Assembly: GCA_049967655.1 (NCBI GenBank)
Contig: JBMFSH010000026.1
Coordinates: 1 to 39,022, forward strand
Source: Acidobacteriota bacterium
GTDB lineage: Bacteria > Acidobacteriota > UBA4820 > DSQY01
Direction: 5' to 3'
Length of the DNA: 39,022 nucleotides
Below, piece by piece: positions 19,601 through 27,385 of this stretch (position 1 is the stretch's first letter; every line of letters starts with the position of its first letter). Under the pieces are notes generated by a model that saw only the letters and a program-made list of their open reading frames with translations, did no database searches and was not told the DNA's origin. The position numbers and the translations under genes are program-made.

Positions 19601-19978
19601 ATGATGAAGGAGTGCTTCAAACAGGAGATCGTGGATGCGCACAAGTTCCGCGAGTGCGCCGAATGTCCGCTGTTCAACGAATGCACGGGGGTGGTGGTCC
19701 AGCAGAACGCCAGGGGCGTCTCCTACGCGGCCGAGGCGCTCGGGTACCTGTTGGGCCTCGTGGGCGTGGGGATCGCCGTGACGCTGCGGCCCGTCATGCC
19801 CAACGGCTTCCTCTGGCTCCTCTTCGTCTGCGTGGTCTACCTGATCGCCGTCTACCGCGCGGCCAGGGAGTACCGGAACTCCAACCAGGAGCAGAGGGAC
19901 TACCTCATCCGCCTCGCCGAGGCGAAACCCGAGGGCGGCCAGCCCGCGCCGCACGCTCCCGCTCCGGCGCACCACTGA
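19601..19978 (+). CDS. Hypothetical two-TM membrane protein with N-terminal Cys motif
   Basis: SD GAGGGG, CF-x12-CxxC-PLF-xx-C motif, two hydrophobic segments, strong GC3 bias. Confidence 0.8.
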   Translation: MMKECFKQEIVDAHKFRECAECPLFNECTGVVVQQNARGVSYAAEALGYLLGLVGVGIAVTLRPVMPNGFLWLLFVCVVYLIAVYRAAREYRNSNQEQRDYLIRLAEAKPEGGQPAPHAPAPAHH

Positions 19979-20097
19979 CGGACTGGACCGGGGGGATCAC
20001 GAGATGAAGAGGGGGGCAAGCCGGGCCGCCGATGGCTTCTTGCCATCCCCGCACTCCCCCATCCCGAGCTGACAGAAGGTTGCGCGCAGAGGAAGCC

Positions 20098-22083
20098 ATG
20101 GGACGTTTCTACATCACCACGCCCATCTACTATGTCAACGACTACCCCCATATCGGCCACGCTTACTGCACGGTCTGCGCCGACTTCTTGGCGCGCTACC
20201 ATCGCCTGAGGGGGGACAAGACCTACTTCCTCACGGGCACGGACGAGCACGGCCAGAAGGTGCAGAAGTCCGCCGCCGCGGAGGGGATCTCCCCCCTCGC
20301 TCTGGCCGACCGCGTGGTCGAGCGCTACTTCGACCTCTGGAAGCAGCTTCGCATCAGCCACGACGACTTCATCAGGACCACGCAGGCGCGCCACGAGAAG
20401 GGAGTGCTGGCCCTCCTGCAGCGCCTCATCGCCGCGGGCGACGTTTACAAGGCCAGCTACCGGGGCCCCTACTGCGTCTCCTGCGAGGCCTTCTTCCCGG
20501 AGAACCAGATCGTGGAGGGCAGGTGCCCCGACTTCGGCCATCCGGTGACGGTGCTGGAGGAGGAGTCCTACTTCTTCCGCCTCTCCCGGTACCAGGAGCC
20601 CTTGCTCAAGCTCTACGCGGAGCGTCCCGACTTCGTGCTTCCGCAGAGCCGCATGAACGAGGTGCGCGCCTTCGTGGAGGGCGGCCTCAAGGATTTGTCC
20701 ATCTCCCGCACCTCCATCACCTGGGGGATCCCCTACCCCGGCGACGAGAAGCACGTGCTCTACGTCTGGCTCGACGCCCTCTCGAACTACGTGACGGCCC
20801 TGGGCTACGGCTCGGACGACCCCTCGAAGGTCGGGACCTTCTGGCCCGCCGACCTGCACCTGATCGGGAAGGACATCCTCCGCTTCCACGCCGTCTACTG
20901 GCCGGCCTTTCTCATGAGTGCGGGGCTCCCTCTTCCGAAGCACGTCTACGGCCACGGCTGGTGGATGAAGGACGCGAGCAAGATGAGCAAGTCCCTGGGC
21001 AACGTGGTAGACCCGAGGCCCTACCTCCAGGAGTTCGGCGCGGACGCGCTGCGGTATTTTCTCCTGCGCGAGAAGCCCATCGAGACCGACGGCTCCTTCT
21101 CCGACGAGGCTTTCCTCGACCGCCTCAACGCCGACCTCGCCAATGATCTGGGCAACCTCGCCTCGCGCCTGACCAACCTCCTCGAACGGCAGGCGGGGGG
21201 CGTCATCGGCACGGGGGACGGGAGCCTGAAGGAGCACACCGAGGCCGCCGTGGACCGTTATTGCACGGCGGTGGAGCGCTTTTCGCCTCGCGAGGCCCTG
21301 GAGGCGATTTGGAGCCTCATATCGGACCTGAACAAGTTCCTCGTGGAGCGCGAGCCGTGGGCGAAACCCGGCACTCCCGAGGCCCTGGCCACCCTCTCCG
21401 AGGCGGCCCGGGCGCTTCGTCTGGCGGCGCTCTGCCTGGAGCCGGCCATGCCCTCCGCGGCGCCGCGGATCACCGAGGCCCTCGGCTTCGAGCCAACGGA
21501 TTTCGTGAACGCCCGGTGGGAGGACCGCCAGAGCGGATCGGCCAGGAAGCTCACGGGCCTTTTCCCGCGCGTGGACAAGGCGGAGTACTTCGCCCACCTG
21601 CGAAGGGACGGAGCCGGAGCGCTGGAGAGCCGGGGAGCTGGAGAGAAGAGAGGAGAAGCTAGCGAGATGGAGGACGAAAAGAAAGCCCCAGAGGGCACTG
21701 CCCAGCAGCAACCAGCAACCCTTGCTCCGCCCGCCCCGGCCCCCACCCAGCCGACGCAGGAGCGGATCTCCATCGACGAGTTCCGCCGCGCGGAGCTGCG
21801 GGCGGGGAAGATCCTGGAGGCGGAGCGCGTGCCGAAAAGCAACAAGCTCGTCCGCATGGTCGTGGATTTCGGCTCGGAGCGCCGGCAGATCGTGGGCGGC
21901 ATCGGCAAGAAGTACGCCCCCGAACAACTCGTCGGCAGGACCTGCCCCTTCGTCTTCAACCTACAGCCCGCCAAGCTCATGGGCATCGAGAGCAACGGCA
22001 TGATCATGGCCGGCAACCTGGACGGCGAACCCGTCCTCCTCCAGTTCGTCGAGGAGGTGCCGCCGGGTTCCAAAATCACCTGA
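20098..22083 (+). CDS. metG: Methionyl-tRNA synthetase with C-terminal tRNA-binding (OB) domain
   Basis: FYITTPIYYVN, PHIGH, GTDEHG, KMSKS, C-terminal ISIDEF...ESNGMI domain. Confidence 0.97.
   Translation: MGRFYITTPIYYVNDYPHIGHAYCTVCADFLARYHRLRGDKTYFLTGTDEHGQKVQKSAAAEGISPLALADRVVERYFDLWKQLRISHDDFIRTTQARHEKGVLALLQRLIAAGDVYKASYRGPYCVSCEAFFPENQIVEGRCPDFGHPVTVLEEESYFFRLSRYQEPLLKLYAERPDFVLPQSRMNEVRAFVEGGLKDLSISRTSITWGIPYPGDEKHVLYVWLDALSNYVTALGYGSDDPSKVGTFWPADLHLIGKDILRFHAVYWPAFLMSAGLPLPKHVYGHGWWMKDASKMSKSLGNVVDPRPYLQEFGADALRYFLLREKPIETDGSFSDEAFLDRLNADLANDLGNLASRLTNLLERQAGGVIGTGDGSLKEHTEAAVDRYCTAVERFSPREALEAIWSLISDLNKFLVEREPWAKPGTPEALATLSEAARALRLAALCLEPAMPSAAPRITEALGFEPTDFVNARWEDRQSGSARKLTGLFPRVDKAEYFAHLRRDGAGALESRGAGEKRGEASEMEDEKKAPEGTAQQQPATLAPPAPAPTQPTQERISIDEFRRAELRAGKILEAERVPKSNKLVRMVVDFGSERRQIVGGIGKKYAPEQLVGRTCPFVFNLQPAKLMGIESNGMIMAGNLDGEPVLLQFVEEVPPGSKIT
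21613..21644 (+). repeat. Four degenerate octamers inside the metG linker
   Basis: GCCGGAGC GCTGGAGA GCCGGGGA GCTGGAGA. Confidence 0.65.
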
Positions 22084-22145
22084 AGACTGCCTTCCCGCCC
22101 AACTCCAGGAGGCGATGGGCCAGAGGCGACGACTTCTGCCGCCGC

Positions 22146-22724
22146 TCAGACCTCGCGGAGGAGGGGCTCCAGGAAGGTCATGTCCAGGCTGAGCCGCAGG
22201 TCGGCGGCCTCCCAGAGGCCCTCCTGAACGGTGAGCTGGGAGCCGCTGCGGGGGCCGTGGACGAGGGCGAAGGTGAGGCCCTCCCGCTTGACGAGTTCGA
22301 GGGCCGGAAGAAAATCCCCGTCCCCCGAGAGCAGGATGATCGCATCCACGCTGCGGCGGGCCGCCGCGTAGACCATCTCGATGGCCAGCAGCACGTCCAC
22401 CTGTTTCTGCTCGAGCACCGGCTTGCCCGTGTTCTCGTCCATTCCCCGGAAGGCGAGCCGGCCCAGCTTCACCTCGAAGCGGTCCAGGCGCTGAAGGCGC
22501 TGGTAGAAGCCCTCCTTGCGCCGATAGGCCTCCTGCTCCTCGGGAGTGGGGCTGCCCGAGAGGTAGGGGAGACAGTTGAAGTAGACGCACCGCAGCAGCG
22601 TGAAGCCGAAGTGGTCGCAGATGGTATAGGCCATGCGGCCGTAATCCAGTCTCGGAGAACCAAAGCTGCGCTGCAGGAAGTCCAGGTATCCGCCATCAAT
22701 CAGCAACAAGGCGCGGTCTGGCAT
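22146..22724 (-). CDS. NYN domain (LabA/DUF88, PIN-like) nuclease
   Basis: IDGGY, EQKQVDV and LSGDGDF acidic motifs. SD AGGAG. Confidence 0.9.
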   Translation of the reverse strand: MPDRALLLIDGGYLDFLQRSFGSPRLDYGRMAYTICDHFGFTLLRCVYFNCLPYLSGSPTPEEQEAYRRKEGFYQRLQRLDRFEVKLGRLAFRGMDENTGKPVLEQKQVDVLLAIEMVYAAARRSVDAIILLSGDGDFLPALELVKREGLTFALVHGPRSGSQLTVQEGLWEAADLRLSLDMTFLEPLLREV

Positions 22725-22829
22725 TCTGGATCAATCTCCTCTCATAAAGGTTCAGTCTAACGCAACTGAAGGCACGGCGGGGCATCCGCCCTGGGCGTCA
22801 CGGCGCGGTCCGCGAACTGCCCTCCCCCC

Positions 22830-23744
22830 TCACCGGACCGTGAGCGCTCCCAGGGCGATGGAGAGGAGCTTGGCCTCCGGCGTGTCGGACCGGCTCGGGA
22901 TCAACACCGGAGCCGAGGCCCCCATGATGACGTGGGCCAGGGGGTAACGGGCGAAATAGGTCGTGGATTTTGCCAGCAGGTTGGCGGAGATGATGTCCGG
23001 GCAGAGCAGGATGTCGGCCTTGCCCGCCACGGGCCCGACGTGGCCCTTCTTGGCCACCGCCTCGGGCGAGATGGCGAGATCGAGGCTCAGGGGACCCTCC
23101 ACCTCGCATTCGCAGAGCTGGCCGGCGTGGGCCATCTTCGTCAGGGCCGCGGCGTCCTGGCTGGGGCCGTGTCCAGGAATCACCGTCTCCACCGCCGAAA
23201 GGACCGCCACGCGCGGCCTCGCGTGGCCGAGGCTCTGGTAGAGCTGAACCGCGTTTTCCACGATCTGCCGCTTGGCCGTCAGGTCCGGCGTGAGGTTGAT
23301 GCCGCCGTCCGTGACGCAGAGGAGCCGCGTCCCTTCCGGGGCGGGATACTCGAAGAGGAACGCGTCGGAGAGGAGCCGCCCCGTGCGGAGCCCGCCCTCC
23401 CGGTCCAGGACGGCGTGCATCAGGGTGGCCGTCTGGGTCTTGCCCTTGAGGAGGATCTGTCCCACGTGGCTTCGAACCAGCTCGACGGCCCGCCGGACCG
23501 CGGAGGCCTCGTCCGCGGCATCCACGATCTCGGCGTGCTGCAGCCGGTGGGGAAGGGCGTCGATGGCGGGGCCGATCAGCCCCGGATCACCCACGAGTAT
23601 GCCGTGAGCGAGCCCCCGCGACTCGGCCTGGGCCAAAGCCTTCAGCGCGGCCGCGTCGTGCCCGCAGGCCACCACCACCCGGAAGGGGCCGCGCCGGCAG
23701 GCTCCCTCGAGTACGCCCTTGAAATCAGTGATTCGAGGCGACAT
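22830..23744 (-). CDS. ptb: Phosphate butyryltransferase / phosphate acyltransferase
   Basis: LLKGKTQTA, TDGGINLTPD, LSAVETV, EGPLSLDLA, SRSD. Lies in an operon with buk. Confidence 0.92.
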   Translation of the reverse strand: MSPRITDFKGVLEGACRRGPFRVVVACGHDAAALKALAQAESRGLAHGILVGDPGLIGPAIDALPHRLQHAEIVDAADEASAVRRAVELVRSHVGQILLKGKTQTATLMHAVLDREGGLRTGRLLSDAFLFEYPAPEGTRLLCVTDGGINLTPDLTAKRQIVENAVQLYQSLGHARPRVAVLSAVETVIPGHGPSQDAAALTKMAHAGQLCECEVEGPLSLDLAISPEAVAKKGHVGPVAGKADILLCPDIISANLLAKSTTYFARYPLAHVIMGASAPVLIPSRSDTPEAKLLSIALGALTVR

Positions 23745-24315
23745 GCTCCACCCCCATGCGAAAGGCCCGCATGCAGGCCTCCTGGATCTTGGCGGGGAAG
23801 CGCTCCCGGATGGCCGCCTCCCAGTCCTCTTCCTTCATCGGCAGGCTCCCGGAGAGGGCCCCCAGGAGGATCACGTTGACCATCCGCAGGTCGCCCAGCT
23901 CCCTGGCCATGGCCGGGGCGTCCACCCAGATGAGGCGCGGGGCCTTCTCCTCCAGAATTCCGTCGATTCCCTTGACGTAGCCGCTATCCTTCTTGAGGTT
24001 TTGGGTGAGCGGCGGAATCTCGAGGGGGCAGACGTAGGCGATGCCGTCCGGGCGGAGGTAGGCCATGTACCGCAGTGCCTCCAGCTTCTCGAAGGAAACG
24101 AGGAAGTGGGCGCCTCCCGCCGGGATCAGCGAGGAGGGGACCTCTTTCCCGATCCTCACGTGGGTGTCCACGTTGCCCCCGCGCTGGGACATCCCGTGGA
24201 CCTCGCTCATCTTGACGTCGAGCCCCGCGTGTACTGCCGCCAGCGCCAGGACCCGGCTGCTCGTCAGGATCCCCTGCCCGCCTACGCCGGAGAACAGAAT
24301 GTTGGTGATCTCCAT
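23725..24315 (-). CDS. iorB: Indolepyruvate:ferredoxin oxidoreductase beta subunit
   Basis: GVGGQG, SEVHGMSQRGG, FEKLEALR, NVILLGA. Start at ATG 24315. Confidence 0.93.
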   Translation of the reverse strand: MEITNILFSGVGGQGILTSSRVLALAAVHAGLDVKMSEVHGMSQRGGNVDTHVRIGKEVPSSLIPAGGAHFLVSFEKLEALRYMAYLRPDGIAYVCPLEIPPLTQNLKKDSGYVKGIDGILEEKAPRLIWVDAPAMARELGDLRMVNVILLGALSGSLPMKEEDWEAAIRERFPAKIQEACMRAFRMGVEHVASNH

Positions 24316-24326
24316 GGTCTCCCCCT

Positions 24327-26081
24327 TCAGGGCCGGCCCACGCCGGGCAGAGAGATGGCTCCCTTTTCGCAAACCTGGGCGCAGACGCCGCATCCCGTGC
24401 AGAGGTCGGGGTCCACGTCCGGGAAGCCATCTTTCTCGTGGATTCCCATGCACCCCACCCGGATGCAGGCACCGCAGCGGTCGCACGCCTCAAGGGCGAT
24501 CTGCACCGCCTCGCCCTTCTTCAGCCTCGCGCCCAGGATGCACGGGGCCACCGCCACGACCACCGAAACCTCGGGGGTGGCGAGCTCCTCTTCCAACACC
24601 TTACGGGTGGCCTCCAGGTCGAAGGGGTCCACCTCCCGCACTCTCCGCACGCCGAGGGCACGGCAGACCTGCGCCACGTTGAGCTGGGGCGCCTCGTTGC
24701 CGCGGATGTCCACGCCCGTCCCCGGGTGGGGCTGGCCTCCCGTCATGGCCGTCCACCGGTTGTCCAGAATGACGAGCGTGGCCGAGCTCCGGTTGACGAT
24801 CATGTCGATGAGGGCCGGAATGCCGGAGTGGAAGAAGGTGGAGTCGCCGATGACCCCGATGGTCTTCCCCTTCTCCTTCGGCCCGCCGAACTTTTCCAGC
24901 CCCTCGGCCATCCCCACGGAGGCCCCCATGCACATGCACGCGTCCATGGCCGCCAGCGGCTTGAGGGCGCCGAGTGTGTAGCAGCCGATGTCCCCCATGA
25001 CCCTGAGCTTCATGTCGCGGAAGAGGGTGAACATGCCGCGGTGGCTGCAGCCCGGGCAGAGGGTCGGCGGACGGGTGGGCAGCTGCACGCCGCCGAGGTC
25101 CACCGTGACCTTGTGCCTAGGCTCTCCGAGCAGGGCCTTCTCCACCAGGGGCAGGTTGAGTTCGCCCGTGAAGGGAAGGAGCTCACGTCCCGCCACCTCC
25201 ATGCCAGCGTTTCGGATCTCCGCCTCCATGTAGGGCTCCAGCTCCTCGATGACCACCAGCCGCTTGACGCGTGAGGCGAAGAGCCGGATGCGCTCGATGG
25301 GCAGGGGGTGAGTCATGCCCAGTTTGAGGATCGAGGCCTCGGGCATGGCCTCCCGGACGTATCCGAAACTGACGCCGGAGGTCACGATGCCGATGTCGGC
25401 AGAACCCGGCAGGATGGGGTTCCACCGGTCGCTCGACTCGGAGAGCTCCCTGGCCCGGACGAGGCGCTCCTCCACCTTGAACCGGCGCGCCTTGGAGTGG
25501 CTCGGCAGGAGCACGTTCTTCGGGATGTCCTTGAGGTAGCCTTTGGAGGTCCACGCCTCCCGCTCCCGCGGATTCACCACGCCGGTCTGGTGGCAGACCC
25601 TCGTGGTCATGCGCAGGAGCACCGGAGAATCGAACTGCTCGGAGAGCGCGAAGGCCTCCCGTGCCATCCAGCGGCACTCCTCTGGGTCGCAGGGCTCCAC
25701 CATGAGGACCTTAGCGGCCTTGGCGAGGAGGCGGTTGTCCTGCTCGTCCTGGCTGCTGGCCATGCCCGGATCGTCCGCGGAGACCACCACCAATCCCCCG
25801 TTCACCCCCATGTAGGAGGAGGAGAAAAGGGGATCGGCCGCCACGTTGAGCCCCACGTGCTTCATGGTGACGAGAGCCCTGTGGCCCGAGAGCGACACGC
25901 CCATGGCCACCTCGTAGCCGACCTTCTCGTTGGGCGCCCACTGGACGGCCACCTCCTCGTACTCCGCCAGGGCCTCCAGAATCTCCGTACTGGGCGTGCC
26001 AGGATAGCCCGATCCGAAGGCCACGCAAGCCTCCCAGGCCCCCCGGGCCACGGCCTCGTTCCCGAGCATCAGCTTCCGCAT
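24327..26081 (-). CDS. iorA: Indolepyruvate:ferredoxin oxidoreductase alpha subunit
   Basis: LGNEAVARGA, YPGTPSTEI, MKHVGLNVAAD, RPPTLCPGCSH, GDIGCY, TPP motif GDSTFFHSG...DN, two C-terminal ferredoxin motifs. Confidence 0.95.
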   Translation of the reverse strand: MRKLMLGNEAVARGAWEACVAFGSGYPGTPSTEILEALAEYEEVAVQWAPNEKVGYEVAMGVSLSGHRALVTMKHVGLNVAADPLFSSSYMGVNGGLVVVSADDPGMASSQDEQDNRLLAKAAKVLMVEPCDPEECRWMAREAFALSEQFDSPVLLRMTTRVCHQTGVVNPREREAWTSKGYLKDIPKNVLLPSHSKARRFKVEERLVRARELSESSDRWNPILPGSADIGIVTSGVSFGYVREAMPEASILKLGMTHPLPIERIRLFASRVKRLVVIEELEPYMEAEIRNAGMEVAGRELLPFTGELNLPLVEKALLGEPRHKVTVDLGGVQLPTRPPTLCPGCSHRGMFTLFRDMKLRVMGDIGCYTLGALKPLAAMDACMCMGASVGMAEGLEKFGGPKEKGKTIGVIGDSTFFHSGIPALIDMIVNRSSATLVILDNRWTAMTGGQPHPGTGVDIRGNEAPQLNVAQVCRALGVRRVREVDPFDLEATRKVLEEELATPEVSVVVAVAPCILGARLKKGEAVQIALEACDRCGACIRVGCMGIHEKDGFPDVDPDLCTGCGVCAQVCEKGAISLPGVGRP

Positions 26082-27145
26082 GGCGTGCCTCCCGGATAGG
26101 TCAGAGCCTGCTCCTCGCCGCTGAGCACCCGCATGGCGCCTGATGCGAGGGCCTCCATTTCGAACTCGCCCGGGAACCGAAAGAACGGGCCCAGAAAGGC
26201 CACGCGCCTCTGCACCCATCCGCAGAAGAGGTCCGAATGGGCCAGCCCTCCCGTCAGCACCACTCCGTCAAGCTTCCCGTCCATCGTGGTGGCCATGGCG
26301 CCGATCTCCTTGGCCACCTGATACGCCATGGCTTCATAGACCTCCCGGGCCTTGGGATCACCCGCGGCGATCCGGCCTTCGACCTCGCGGGCGTCGTCGG
26401 TTCCGAGGTGGGCCATGAGGCCGCCCTCCTTGGTCGTCATCCTCTTCATGTCGTCGGCCGTGTATCGTCCCGAAAAACAGAGCTTGATGAGCGGCTGGGT
26501 GGGAAGGGTCCCCGCCCGGGTGGGGCCGAAGGGGCCGCCCGAATTGGCGTTGTTCACGTCGAGAATGCGGCCGCCGTCCACGGGGGCGATGCTGAAACCC
26601 CCGCCGAGGTGGGCGATGACCCACCGCGTCTCCTTCATCGGCTTACCGATCCGCTCGCTGGCCTTCCGGCCCGCCGCGTGGATGTTGAGGGCGTGGACCA
26701 GCGACGTCCGGGGGATTTCCGGCAGCCCGGAATAGCGGGCGAGCGGAGAAAACTCGTCGACCGCCACGGGATCAACGATGAAGGCCGGGACGCCGTATCG
26801 AGCGGCCACCGCCTCCGCGATGAGGCAGCCGAGGTTGGAGACGTGCTCGCCCTGGAATCCTCGGCGCGCGTCCTCAATCATCGCTTCGTTGACTCGAATG
26901 GTCCCCGAGGGGACGGGCCGGATGAGCCCCCCCCTTGCGACCACCGCATCAAGCGGCCGATCGCCTTTCTCCTGCAAGAACGCCTGGGCCGCCTCCAGGC
27001 GTCCAGGCAACTGGTTCAGAATGGCTCCCGGTACTCGCTGAGCCGGTCTGCTCTCCTCAGCCTCCGGACCGTCGGTGGTGTAAATGCCCAATTTCGTACT
27101 CGTAGAGCCAGGATTGACGACAAACACCCTAAATTTATTGGACAT
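26069..27145 (-). CDS. buk: Butyrate kinase (branched-chain carboxylic acid kinase)
   Basis: VNPGSTSTK, ARGG, HVSNLG, VDPVAVDE, HALN, HLGGG, LTGGLA, PGEFEMEAL. True start ATG 27145 with SD GGAG. Confidence 0.95.
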   Translation of the reverse strand: MSNKFRVFVVNPGSTSTKLGIYTTDGPEAEESRPAQRVPGAILNQLPGRLEAAQAFLQEKGDRPLDAVVARGGLIRPVPSGTIRVNEAMIEDARRGFQGEHVSNLGCLIAEAVAARYGVPAFIVDPVAVDEFSPLARYSGLPEIPRTSLVHALNIHAAGRKASERIGKPMKETRWVIAHLGGGFSIAPVDGGRILDVNNANSGGPFGPTRAGTLPTQPLIKLCFSGRYTADDMKRMTTKEGGLMAHLGTDDAREVEGRIAAGDPKAREVYEAMAYQVAKEIGAMATTMDGKLDGVVLTGGLAHSDLFCGWVQRRVAFLGPFFRFPGEFEMEALASGAMRVLSGEEQALTYPGGTPCGS

Positions 27146-27170
27146 ACAGTGCTCCGTAGGTCGAGGGTCA

Positions 27171-27199
27171 AGTCTAATGGTGCCCTCGCGTGGCGGCAA
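27171..27199 (-). promoter_or_regulatory. sigma70 promoter of the buk-iorAB-ptb operon
   Basis: Minus strand TTGCCG (27199-27194), 17 nt spacer, TAGACT (27176-27171). Confidence 0.6.
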
Positions 27200-27385
27200 G
27201 CGCCGCCTCGGGCCGCCCAACTTGGTGGGGTGAATGCCCCGCCCTCCTCGGCGCTTTTCCCGCATGGGAGCCGGAGCGTGACCCGCATCGGGATGGAGGG
27301 GGGCGCCTCGCTTTTCTCGCCACCTGTCCGGCCTTATACTGAATGGGTTCAGCACGTACGCCCAGCGGGCCACAACGGGGAAACC

